The notes under the pieces: model-generated
What the model was told of the DNA's origin: nothing
Database searches by the model: none
Seen by the model: only the letters and a program-made list of their open reading frames with translations
Program-made: the position numbers and the translations under genes
NCBI GenBank assembly: GCA_964016885.1
Contig: OZ024742.1
Location: 196,044,001 to 196,108,000 of the forward strand
Direction of reading: 5' to 3'
DNA: 64,000 nt
From: Eledone cirrhosa
Lineage: Eukaryota
Shown here: one piece after another, positions 1-11,160 of the stretch
Numbering within the stretch: the stretch's first letter is position 1
Layout: each line of letters opens with the position of its first letter

Positions 1-403
1 ATCGGGCCGTTTATTTACAAAAGAATCGAAAATCCAGACGTACATATATATGTGTGTATATATATATGCGTGTGTGTGTGTGTGTATGTATGTACGTATG
101 CATAATTACATTTATGTATCAGCTGTGCTAGGGTGAGAATTAAAATTCTTATTTTATATATATATATATCTACTAATTTTTTGGTGTGTTAGTAGGCTTC
201 TGTCATCTTACCATCCCACTCCTACCGACTAGCCTCTGTGTCACGTGATTGATTCTTTAGAATCTGCCATTTGACCAGTGACAGCGAGATTTTCAGTGCA
301 TGGAATCCAGTCCCCGCTAGCTGTTCCATTTACCGAATTATTATTATTTTTATATGAGTCCCCAGTGTCCGCGCATTGCCTGGAGACTTAGCTGAGAATA
401 GAC

Positions 404-482
404 CTCCCTGATGACGCAATGAATTCTCAACAGTTTATTACGTAACTGTTTTTATCCCATTGCAGAAACTAATTAGTTGGAG
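404..482 (+). ncRNA. Minimal type I hammerhead ribozyme motif (Penelope pLTR-like remnant, ~175-540)
   Basis: ctcc-CTGATGA-(gcaatg...cattgc stem II)-GAAA-ctaattag (palindromic stem III)-TT-ggag; flanked by (TA)n. Confidence 0.7.
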
Positions 483-537
483 TGAAAATTTTAGTAAGTT
501 AATTTTTTAAAATTTTTTTTAATTTTCCTATTTTACG

Positions 538-606
<69 letters not shown>

Positions 607-679
607 AAAATTTTCGCTCTACATGGCTGAATACAATAAATGTAATCTGAGTTTTTCGAATATTAATAATAACATTCGA

Positions 680-913
680 TTCGTTTGCAATTATGCAAAC
701 AAGTCTCAATTTTATAGCCATGTCAGTAGAATGAACCCTTCATTCTTGCTCTTGTGTTGGCATGTGAACAGTGAGCTGTACTGATGAAGGGTGATACCCA
801 GAAACATTAGTGTCTGCAGTTCTGTTCACATGCCAACACAAGAGCAAGAATGAGGGGTTCATTCTACTGACATGGCTATAAAATTGAGGCATGTTTGCAT
901 AATTGCAAACGAA
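680..913. repeat. ~92-bp inverted repeat arms enclosing a hammerhead
   Basis: 680-771 is the near-perfect reverse complement of 822-913 (ttcgtttgcaattatgcaaac...catgtgaacag / ctgttcacatg...gtttgcataattgcaaacgaa). Confidence 0.9.
775..820 (+). ncRNA. Minimal type I hammerhead ribozyme motif
   Basis: gctgta-CTGATGA-a-gggt gat accc-a-GAAA-cattagtg-TC-tgcagt; all three stems pair, GUC cleavage triplet. Confidence 0.85.
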
Positions 914-919
914 TATTCA

Positions 920-1000
<81 letters not shown>

Positions 1001-1142
1001 ATTAAAAGTTTAACAAGGTTCAATGAATTCATCAATGAATAAAGTTTCACAATAGATTAGAAGCACTCTACAGTGAGGTTTTCTGGAGTTATTAATATTA
1101 CTTCAAAATATTATTAAATATAGACTTTCATGTGATCAAATA

Positions 1143-1208
1143 TATTTTATTATACATATTTCAGAGGTACTGAGCTATTTCAACAGTACGTCCTCATCAG
1201 ATAAAATA
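1143..1208 (-). ncRNA. Hammerhead ribozyme motif
   Basis: Reverse complement of the motif at 1401-1466. Confidence 0.8.
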
Positions 1209-1400
1209 AGTTGATGCCTGACATACCTTGACTATGTTGATGGTTATAATTTAGTCATGGCAGTGATTAGTTATGACAAAACTCAATATTTATATACCTT
1301 AAGTTGAAACATGAAAAATTACATATAGAGGGTGCGTATGAGAATGTGTATAAAGATATATAAATAACTAATAAAATATAATTGCTATAAGGCATCAACT

Positions 1401-1466
1401 TATTTTATCTGATGAGGACGTACTGTTGAAATAGCTCAGTACCTCTGAAATATGTATAATAAAATA
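1401..1466 (+). ncRNA. Hammerhead ribozyme motif
   Basis: tattttat-CTGATGA-gga c gtactg...cagtac ctct-GAAA-tatgta-TA-ataaaata; 8-bp stem I. Confidence 0.8.
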
Positions 1467-1508
1467 TATTTGATCACATGAAAGTCTATATTTATTAATA
1501 TTTTGAAG

Positions 1509-1577
<69 letters not shown>

Positions 1578-1817
1578 GTATATATATATATATATGTGTG
1601 TGTGTGCGTATATATATATATATAAATTAATAAAAATAATGAATAAAAACAAAGAAACAGTTCCTTATATTAAAAAATTCATCATTTTACAATCGTTTCT
1701 AGGATATATATGTTTGTGTTGGTATGTATATCATATAGATCTATGTAAAATTTTTACAAACTATCAGAGGGAATATACATACCTACACATATATATGCTG
1801 TCTATATATGTGTGTGC

Positions 1818-1863
<46 letters not shown>

Positions 1864-1903
1864 GATATTAACAAATGGAAACTATATTTATAAAACCATA
1901 TTT

Positions 1904-1968
1904 TATTTCATTATACATATTTCAAGGATACCAAGTTAAATTATGGTATGCCTTCATCAGACAAAATA
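1904..1968 (-). ncRNA. Hammerhead ribozyme motif (diverged relative of 1401-1466)
   Basis: Minus strand: tattttgt-CTGATGA-aggcatacca...tggtatcctt-GAAA-tatgta-TA-atgaaata. Confidence 0.7.
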
Positions 1969-2042
1969 CAATATATACCAGTTTTATAAATAAACATTGA
2001 CGTACCCTTTCAAAATGCAACAGTTACTTTTGGAAGACATCA

Positions 2043-2150
<108 letters not shown>

Positions 2151-2264
2151 GATGAGATTCTACAGGACTAGAACTGTTTCATTCTTTAGAAATCATTAGG
2201 AATCAGTAGGGATTCCTGATGATTTCTAAAGAATGAAACAGTTCTAGTCCTGTAGAATCTCATC
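2151..2264. repeat. 54-bp foldback of a hammerhead-bearing pLTR fragment
   Basis: 2151-2204 is the reverse complement of 2211-2264 with one mismatch and a 6-nt loop; part of the same sequence recurs at 28937-28982. Confidence 0.9.
2211..2259 (+). ncRNA. Hammerhead ribozyme motif
   Basis: gattc-CTGATGA-t ttct aa agaa t-GAAA-cag ttctagtc ctg-TA-gaatc; GUA triplet. Confidence 0.85.
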
Positions 2265-2429
2265 TATATTAAAACTGTTATACTCTGCAATGTATTGAGT
2301 ACCTTACTTACTGTGGTTACCTCCCATTCAACCCGGAATAACGTATATATATATATATATATATATATACTTACAAGCCACAGTGATCACAACCTCTGTC
2401 CCTACCACATACTGTCTGGTTCATTTACA

Positions 2430-2545
2430 TGATGGTGGCGGTGGTGTTTGGGGCGGTGGTGTTGGTGACGGTGGTGGTGTTGGTGACGGTGGTGGTGTTG
2501 GGGGCGGTGGTGTTGGTGACGGTGGTGGTATTGGTGGCGATGGAG

Positions 2546-2590
<45 letters not shown>

Positions 2591-2866
2591 ACCATTGTTG
2601 TTGTTTTCTGTCTTCTAATAGAAGGCAGCAGATGGAAATGTTACTTAAGCTATGTGGTTTTTAAATTAACATTAAAATAAAGAACTGATTCTCCTCGAAT
2701 GGCGACCAAAAACTTTAACAAACATTTATTCCTTCTCGGATCATTTCATTCCTTTTCTTCGCTTATTCTTTCTTGAAGTGAAAAGGAAAGAACATTTTTT
2801 TTTTCATCCCAACATCTTCATTTCTACTACTTTTACTACTACTACGACGACTACTACTACTACTTT

Positions 2867-2916
<50 letters not shown>

Positions 2917-2917
2917 T

Positions 2918-2955
<38 letters not shown>

Positions 2956-3090
2956 GTGCTGCTGCTGCTGCTTCTACAACTACTACTACTACTACTACTA
3001 CTTTTACTATTACTATTACTACTACTACTACTACTTTTACTATTACTACTACTATGGTACTGCTGCTGCTGCTACTACTACTACTACTAC
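2430..3090. repeat. Trinucleotide microsatellite/low-complexity tracts (GGT, AGT, ACT, GCT)
   Basis: Direct reading; two tracts separated by unique sequence. Confidence 0.85.
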
Positions 3091-3442
3091 TAGCGGTAGA
3101 ACGTCAGACATCATGCTTTGCGGCACAGAGTTACGGCCCTTTACGGTCTAAGTTCAAATCCCACTGAGGTTAACTTTGCTTTTTTTCATCCTTATGAGAT
3201 CGGTAAAATAAAGTACCAGTAATGCACTGGGATAATTGCTGCCTTGTGCCAAAAGTAGAAACAATTATTATTATTGCCGAGGTTAGCTTTGCCTTTCATC
3301 CTTACTGGATCGATAAAATAAAGTACCAGTAACGCAATGGGGTCGATGAAATAAAGTACCAGGAATGTACAGGTGTCGATTTAATCGAATCTCCCTTCCC
3401 CCAACATTGCTGGCCTTGTGCCTAAATCAAAACCCATTATTA
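3091..3442 (+). mobile_element. Two tandem tRNA-derived SINE copies (second is 5'-truncated)
   Basis: B-box-like gttcaaatccc, body gcctttcatcc...gataaaataaagtaccagt, (ATT)n tail; recurs about 10 times in the window. Confidence 0.8.
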
Positions 3443-3731
3443 ACTGAATCTTATCCGCTTCAATTCTCCATTAAAACTCATCTTTTTTAAAACCTATTTC
3501 AAACAATTCTTTATCAAGTATTTTCTAAACGACTTTTTTTTTCATAAAATCCATTCTTCTTTTCCCTTTGTTTTTCATATTCGCTTCTTTTTCTTTTTTC
3601 TTTTTCTCTTCTTTCTGTCTTTTCTTTTCAGTCGACTCTTCTTCTTAGTTTTCCTCCTTTTCCTCCTCCACATCATCATCATCATCATCCTCTATCGTCT
3701 TCAAACACACTCTACAGAATTCTCAAATAAT

Positions 3732-3895
3732 TGTTTCTACTTTAGGCACAAGGCCAGCAATTACCCAGTGCATTACTGGTACTTTATTTTATCGACCCCG
3801 TAAGGATGAAAGGCAAAGTCAACCTCGGCGGGATTTGAACTCAGATCGTAAAGGGACGTAACTATGCTGGAAAGCATGGCGTCCGACCCTCTACC
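3732..3895 (-). mobile_element. tRNA-derived SINE with 15-bp TSD
   Basis: Reverse complement of the family consensus; gaattctcaaataat at 3717-3731 and 3896-3910. Confidence 0.85.
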
Positions 3896-4210
3896 GAATT
3901 CTCAAATAATATATTCATGTCTAACTTAAAGGCCATAGGATACACTTAGAAAGCCGAAGTGTTTCATTAAGTCAATCGCCCCACCGTACATCACTGATAC
4001 TTTACTTTATCGATCACACAAAATAATTTTGATCACTGCATGAGTTTGTATGACTCGTGCAAAGTGAGTCTCTACGATGTGGCCCAGTATACAAATGAGT
4101 CTGTATGACGCGTGGCCTGTGCACGTGAGTTTTAATGGGGGTGTATGCTCATACAGTAACGTTCGCATAAACTGTCCATACATTGATTATTTTATATGTC
4201 ACTGCATTAG

Positions 4211-4316
4211 GGCGGTGGATTGGCAGTATCAGTAGAAGGTCGGACACCATGCTTTGACGCATAGAGTTACGGCCCTTGCCATTCTGAGTTCAAATCCCGC
4301 CGAGGTTAACTTTGCA
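4211..4316 (+). mobile_element. SINE 5' fragment
   Basis: gattggcagtatcagtagaaggtcggac...ctgagttcaaatcccgccgaggttaactttgc, matches 14251-14440. Confidence 0.75.
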
Positions 4317-4542
4317 TATATAGATACGTTTAGAGAGTGTGAGGTAGTGACAGATAAAAGAAAAAGCAATAAATTAGAAAGTAATTGGGAGATACTAGTA
4401 TGAGACCCAAGGGCTGAGAATGGATGGTGAAGGGTGGTTTTTGACAAGTGTGTGTGGTAAATGTTTTGCTGATTGTCTTGTCTTAATAGGGTTGATGTGG
4501 TTTCAGAGAGAGAGGGTGAAAGAGATGTTAAGAGATTTATGA

Positions 4543-5701
4543 TCTATATCTGTATATATATAAAATTAAGTATGTGTGTGTCTGTGTGTCTGTGTATTAC
4601 CTATAGGGGCCTACATCTTACGACCGATTTTCATGAAACTTCACAGGCTCATAGATTAGTCATCGGGGAGTGTTTTCTATATATCAGCGTATCGTTTTTT
4701 CATTCCGGGGTCATTCTGCAGATAAAAATCGATAGTGGGGTGTCACCTTTTTTTAGGTATCGAAAAATAAGATTTTTGGCTCTAGCTCCCACACTTTGCC
4801 ACCGATTTCGTTCAAATTTTAAAGCAGAATAGAATTTATCATTGCACATCCTGCAATGGCTTTATATTTTCCATTTGTTATTCAGGGATGGCGTGGCAAC
4901 CGCTTAAATATTCAAAAATACCACTTTTGACTCAAATTTTCACTTTTTCGGCTCTAGCTCCCACATTAATCAACCTACTTTGTTCAAATGTTACACTACG
5001 CTAGATCTGATTATTTCACGTCCTAAGGTGACTTTACATTTTCGATTTTTTGTCAGGAACGGCGTGGCAGCCGCTTAAATATTCGAAAATACCACTTTTT
5101 CGCTCAAATTTCCGCCTTTTCGGCTCTAGCTCCCACATATTTCAACCAATTTCGTTCAAATTCGAAACTTCGACTCCACCTCGCACATAAATCAATTTAT
5201 TTGGTTCAACGTTTATACTACGATAGAACCTATCATTCCACACCTTATAGTAGCTTCACACTTGGCATTTTTTGTTCAAGGACGGCGACCTATCATTAGC
5301 TCCCACATTTTTCAACCGATTTCGTTCAAATTCGAAACTTCAGCTCAACCTCACACATAACTCAATTTATTTGGTTCAACTTTTATACTACAATAGAACC
5401 TATCATTGCACATCTTATAGATGGTCAAAGGCAAAACGATGGCCACTGACGTCGTCAGAACTTTTAGTTGTGTATTTGAGAATTCATCGGTTTCCAATCA
5501 AGTAGCGTAAGGAAATTTGGCTTAGCATGCCCCTTCGTCAGTCACCCGCGTTTCTCAGTGACATAGGTCATCACCACTCTCCCCCGAATGGCCTGTGTGT
5601 GGCCATAGATGAGTCATCGAGAAGCAGTCGCTAAGATCAACACCTTTTCATCAAAGTAGATATTATTTTACCTAACCAGGCAACGCTGGGTACTGCTGCT
5701 A

Positions 5702-5702
<1 letters not shown>
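4543..5702 (+). mobile_element. Non-autonomous Helitron
   Basis: 5' A|TC start (tctatatctgtatatatataaaattaag), 3' GC hairpin ccaggcaacgctggg followed by CTAG|T; internal ~173-bp degenerate repeats (tagctcccaca x4). Confidence 0.8.
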
Positions 5703-5776
<74 letters not shown>

Positions 5777-5942
5777 TTCGAGTAAAGAAACGTAGGTTGA
5801 CCGACTGTAGTTGTAAACAGGCGTAAAGCACTCCGCGACTTGTGTTCCTTGAAGTATCACCAATAAAGTATCAAACGGAGTGTCAATATTATAAAGAAGA
5901 GAGACGGGGTTTTAAGTGTACATCCTCTGTTTATTATATGAT

Positions 5943-6013
5943 CCTGTTATACGTATTTCGAAGACACCAAAATGATTTCATAATGACCTTTTGACGTGTT
6001 TTCATCAGATAGG
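5943..6013 (-). ncRNA. Hammerhead ribozyme motif (diverged)
   Basis: Minus strand: cctat-CTGATGA-aaacac...gtgtcttc-GAAA-tacgta-TA-acagg; palindromic TACGTA stem III, one stem I mismatch. Confidence 0.65.
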
Positions 6014-6150
6014 TGTTAGGTTGTAAAGTTTTTTGATATGCTACTGTAGTTAGGAACGTGGTGGTAGCAGTCCCACTCCCAGTAAGTATATGATGTACAT
6101 AACTGTTTCTATAGGTAAGCAGGTTGTTGGAGATACTACCCTTGCTAAAA

Positions 6151-6222
6151 CACCTGCCTGATGAAAACATGACAAGAGGCTATTACGCAATCACTTTGAT
6201 GTCTTTGAAATACGTATAAACG
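6151..6222 (+). ncRNA. Hammerhead ribozyme motif, inverted partner of 5943-6013 (stem I broken)
   Basis: cacctgc-CTGATGA-aaacat...atgtcttt-GAAA-tacgta-TA. Confidence 0.5.
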
Positions 6223-6419
6223 TCTACCACGTGATATTTTCCCATTCGAAATTATCACTGATAAGGATCCCTAAAAGGGATTTTTCTTGGATTGATAAGT
6301 TCCTTAGGAGATGTGATATGCTAAATTATTGGAATATCCAAGCTGCTGCTTACACAGCGAAACTGAAGCCGAGACATTGAAGTAAATCGGTCACTTTTTC
6401 TCTTGTTTTCTTTCCCCAC

Positions 6420-6486
<67 letters not shown>

Positions 6487-6515
6487 AAATGTGTGTAATC
6501 CTTGGTACAGTTAGG

Positions 6516-7524
6516 TATATTAAGACAGGGGGGAAGAAGAAAAAAATGGCTTCACTTGTGCTTTCAACAAATTTATTTTCTTCACAAAATCCCAAAAGAA
6601 TTTTTTTCCGGATTAGAAAAAATTTTCTTAAAAAAAAAAAATAAAGTGTGTGTGTATGTGTGCGTGTATGTGTATATATGTATATTTAGTTATGTATCTT
6701 TATGTGTGTATATGTATGTATATGTATGTATGTATATATATATATATATATACCCATGTGGAGGTATGAGTACATATTCGTGTGTGTACGTATGTGTATA
6801 TGTGTTTTTATATGTGTCTCTATATGTTTTTATGTATGTATGTGGATGTATATGTACATGGGTGTGTGATTGATGGTGTGTGCCTATATATTCCTACATA
6901 TGCCCGTGTGTGTATGTACGTGTATACGCACATATGTGTGTGTTGAACAAAGGACTAATTTTTGGATGGACGTAGAAAAATTCTTCAGAAAAAAATAATT
7001 GTTTACAAGCTTGGCAGGTGCGGTTTGCCTATGACCATCTTCAATACAAAGGAATACTAAAAGCTTTTTCCCCTGAATAAAGGAATTTTTCGAGAATGAC
7101 CGGGGCAGGCCGCACTTGCTACATTTCTCCCCACCCAACCCTACTCACTGTCTCAACTCATTACTGCTATTAACATTTTTTCAACACACCTACACCCCTA
7201 CACTTATTAAAGGGGGAGGGAAAAAAAACCCACCACACCACAGACATGTTAAATCCCTATATATAGAACAACACACCACATACACATCAGTTTGACAAGC
7301 GCACCTCAGCGTGAAAGGTCTTTCTAAAAACGAAACAATACCTCCTACGTTAACCAAGAACTCCTAAGACCTAACCAACAACCAACAACTTAATTTCTAA
7401 AAAGATTTTTTTTTTAAGAAAATTTTTTCTAATCCGGAAAAAAATTCTTTTTGGATTTTGTGAAGAAAATAAATTTGTTGAAAGCACAAGTAAAGCCATT
7501 TTTTTCTTCTTCCCCCCTGTCTTA

Positions 7525-7529
<5 letters not shown>
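6516..7529. mobile_element. ~1-kb element with ~125-bp terminal inverted repeats (MITE/foldback-like)
   Basis: tatattaagacaggggggaagaagaaaaaaatggc...ttttcttaaaaaaaaa (6516-6641) is the near-perfect reverse complement of 7406-7529; no coding capacity. Confidence 0.7.
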
Positions 7530-7581
<52 letters not shown>

Positions 7582-7616
7582 ATCTGTATGTATGTGAGTA
7601 TATTTAGATATATATT

Positions 7617-8254
7617 AGATAGATATGTTTCTTTATTAGCCACAGGGCACAAAAGAAGGGGACAAATACAAAGGGGGAAGTTTACATACAATAAAAACGT
7701 GTAAAATGTTATCACAAATGCAATTTAAAAAATTAGTCGATTTTCCCCAATAGGGGGAGACAGTTCATATGGGTAACACATACCCCCGAAAAAATGTGAA
7801 ACCCTCATCTCCAGGAGTACGAAGAGTTTGTACCTCTTTCCTCTCCCCCTCCTTTTCATTAGATAGATAGATATGTTTCTTTTATTTGCCACCAGGGCAT
7901 CAAAAGTGGGACAAGTACAAAGGGGGGAGTTTACATAACAAGGCGTCCTCAATAAGGAGGAGGCAATAACAAAATATAAAAATAAAATAAAATATAACAG
8001 AATAGAATTTATAACAAAGTCCTCATTAGAGAGGAGGCGCCTTGGGGGGTCGCACACACCCCCGAAAAAAAAGTGTGCAACCCTTTTCCTCAGGAGCACA
8101 GAGAAGGGGTGCTCCCTTGGTCTTTTATCTTCCTCACCTATAGGCCGATGTAGAGTGAAGGCCCATTCACACGGGCCATTCTCGCCACTTTCACCCATCT
8201 TTCATAAAAACGGCTGGGGTGCAGCACCTCTCTCTCCATCCTGATCCTTCTTCC
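7617..8254 (-). mobile_element. Two stacked 3'-end fragments of a Tx1/L1-like LINE
   Basis: Each ends (minus strand) ...ggc(t/a)aataaagaaacatatctatct, i.e. AATAAA plus a (TATC)n tail, as does the longer copy at 8255. Confidence 0.65.
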
Positions 8255-9204
8255 AGATAGATAGATATGTTTCTTTATTTGCCACAAGGGTGCACAAGAA
8301 ATGGGACATTATAAGACGTGACGGTGGGGGTTTTGCATAAAAATTGTGTATACTTTAACATTAATAAATTAAAATATACTATATATTAAAATAAAATAAC
8401 AATCAAAATCCCCAATAGCGGGGAACGTTACTGCGGGGTGTTTTACACCCCGTAGATAGAACAACCCTCAACACCAGGAGCACGTTTTGTAGGAGTTCCT
8501 ATCTTCCCTCTTTTGTCTTTCTCAACTTATGTGTTTATATACAGAGAAGGCCCATTCACCCACCTTTCAGTGAATTTACTGGGGTGCAGCACCTCTCTCT
8601 CTCCACTCTCACCTTCCTTCTGAAGTGGTATTTAAAGTGGATGGGGTGTTGTCCGGAGAGGAAGATGTTTACTCTGTCCTTTCAACATCGTCCACCATAT
8701 TACCTCTTTCGCCATAGCCACCAGACAGACGAAAACCGCCTCTCCTTCATTGTTAAATAAAGGCAGCGGGGTGATCCTCACGATGGACTCGGCAGACAAT
8801 TGGATGTGTCCCACACGTGACTGTAGCTGCTCGATATAATTCCACAGGTCGGTCACCCCTAGGCACTGAACAATTGCGTGCAGAACGGTTTCAATGTCCT
8901 GCTCGCATTTTGGACAGTCCTTTTGGCAGGATCCCTGCCAGGGCGTCCGTGTCTGTAGATTTTGTATCGAACTGGTAGAGCTCCTCGGTAGCACTGCCAT
9001 GCCAGAGACCTCTGGAAGTTATCCATAGGTCCTGGACGGAAAGTCCTCCCAAATAGACTGCCCAGTTCGTCCTTTTCGATGTCCAGAGTCTCCCCGAGAA
9101 CGCGGTCGCACTTATCCACCACTAATCCCCTTTAGAATGTTGTGGAGCCTCCGCTGATTGCCGTTTCCACTTGGTAGAGGGCTGTGAGCGCTTGAGTGCA
9201 CTCT
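8255..9204 (-). mobile_element. Tx1/L1-clade LINE 3' fragment, frameshifted ORF2 C-terminus (zf-RVT CCHC region)
   Basis: ORFs 8859-9122 (FQRSLAWQCYRGALPV) and 8632-9000 (CPKCEQDIETVLHAIVQC) are typical of the L1/Tx1 ORF2 C-terminus; (GATA)n at both ends. Confidence 0.8.
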
Positions 9205-9333
9205 ATAGATAGATAGATAAATAAATACATACATACATACATACATACATACATACATACATACATACATACATACATACATACATACATACATACATAC
9301 ATACATACACACACATACTTATATATATATATA

Positions 9334-9680
9334 TGATGGCTGCCCCCTCGTTATCGAGTATGGCCATTGCACGATATACCATTATTAATAATTATCAATT
9401 AATGCTATCGTGCGATGCCTGTGAGTGAAGATTTTTTTTAAGTGAGGAAAGACTGTGCACTGAGACAATCCCACTCTCTGGGCGACAGTAGCTATAACCC
9501 GAAAAAAAGAAAAGATCAACATCATCGGTAACTACTGAGCCGCAGGTTTTATGTCGGAGTTATCCCAGTTTTCTGAGTTTCCCTCTCCTAGAAGAATGCC
9601 CTGACAAAGGTCAGGGGTCCTTCACTCCCAGTGGTTTAACCACGCGATTGGGCATCCAGCAAGACTATTTCTATAACCTG
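9334..9680 (-). mobile_element. Short non-autonomous RTE-tailed element
   Basis: atgatggctgcccccctcgttatcgagtatggccattgcac is the reverse complement of the 3' terminus of the RTE at 28568-28606; 5' boundary approximate. Confidence 0.65.
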
Positions 9681-9982
9681 CACATATACATACACATGTA
9701 TACATGTATATACATATATACATATATACGCATGTATATACATATTTACACATTTTTGGATGGTCGTTGACTCTTATGAGTTCTTCCACCCCCTCTCAGG
9801 TTTTGTTTTTTGTCCTGCAGGGTGTCCAAAATCACCCTCCTCACCAAGTAAACTTTGTGAGGTTGCCGGTTTAGTCGCCGACGACCCGATCCGGTTGTAC
9901 TGGGTTACATGTTACCAGTAGCATTCAAAAGTGTCCCGACAAACATACATATATACATACATACATACATGAAGGAAATAAT

Positions 9983-10172
9983 TGTTTCTACTTTAGGCAC
10001 AAGGCCAGCAATTACCCAGTGCATTACTGGTACTTTATTTTATCGACCCCGTAAGGATGAAAGGCAAAGTTAACCTCGGCGGGATTTGAACTCAGACCGT
10101 AAAGGGAAGTAACTCTTTGTTGAAAAGCATGACGTCCGACCCTCTACCAATACTGCCAATCCACCACCCTTG
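9983..10172 (-). mobile_element. tRNA-derived SINE with 15-bp TSD
   Basis: catgaaggaaataat at 9968-9982 and 10173-10187. Confidence 0.85.
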
Positions 10173-10187
10173 CATGAAGGAAATAAT

Positions 10188-11160
10188 ATCAATAGTATAG
10201 CCACTAATCTGGAGGAGGGATATGGAATAAGGCCTGATATAAATCTCTCTCCCAGGGACATTGGAAGATCATATTCAATGTTCGAACAGGATTTTTAAAA
10301 ATAGACCAATTTACAGAGAAAGTTGTGCATGGGTACCTGAGACGAAAAACACAGACCATAGAAGGGATAAATCATCCAAAGAGCCTGGCATGGAGTTCCG
10401 ACAAGTTTATGACATCCCACCTTGAAGGATACTCTATGCAATACAGGAACAAGAAATCCCTACCAAATATCTGCTAGACAAAAGAGGAAGGTCATCAGCC
10501 GACAATAAATGTAGGCTTTGTAAAACAAAGATCTAACATGTTAGCCACATTGTTGCCAACTGTGAAAGAATGTCGTCTCGCTACTACCTCCCCATGAGAC
10601 ACGATGTGATAACTAGAACCATCTGGGCGCACTTTAGAAACCAAAATTAAAAACAAATGAGGAAGAATATGTTGAGATAGATGGCACTAAAGAATACTGG
10701 TGGAACCTGAAAATAAAAACTGCCATCAAATTAAAGCACAACCGGCCTGATATTGTTGTTTGGGACCACACATTGAAAACATGCTCTGTTGTAAAGATCA
10801 GCTACCCACTTGATGTTAACGTTGTAAGAGAAGGAGGACATTTACGGACCATTGATAAAGAGTTTGCAGATCCAATATCCAAGATACACCTTCAGCTTCA
10901 TATCCATCATTATTGAAGCTACAGGTTATATACCAACCCGCTTGGACCAAAGTATAACTTGGATTTGTGGACCAAGAGCGCAGCTCACTAATTCATAAAC
11001 TACAAATGGCTGCGATAGCCGGCACCTTCGATATTTGTAAAGCATTCTTGCGATTCAAGGGATGACAATTTCTTTTCTATTACAACCTTGTCACCAGGAA
11101 GGTGGTCGGTCAAAAATGTACTCGAAATTAAGAGAAAGAGAAACATACATACATACATAT
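10188..11160 (+). mobile_element. Degraded R4/Dong-type (RLE) non-LTR retrotransposon 3' fragment
   Basis: Manual translation: AIQEQEIPTKYL, CRLC..HVSHIVANC (CCHC), RYYLPMRHD, WWN..HNRPDIVVWD (RLE nuclease); stops and frameshifts; (CATA)n tail. Confidence 0.8.

Larger units (their letters stand above)
1094..1516. repeat. ~125-bp inverted repeat pair, each arm carrying a hammerhead (Penelope-like inverted pLTR remnant)
   Basis: ~1094-1219 is the reverse complement of ~1390-1516. Confidence 0.85.

Noticed and set aside
6250-6400. Further hammerhead-like cores (CTGATAA, CTGAAGC)
   Set aside because: Cores are mutated and stems/GAAA are incomplete.
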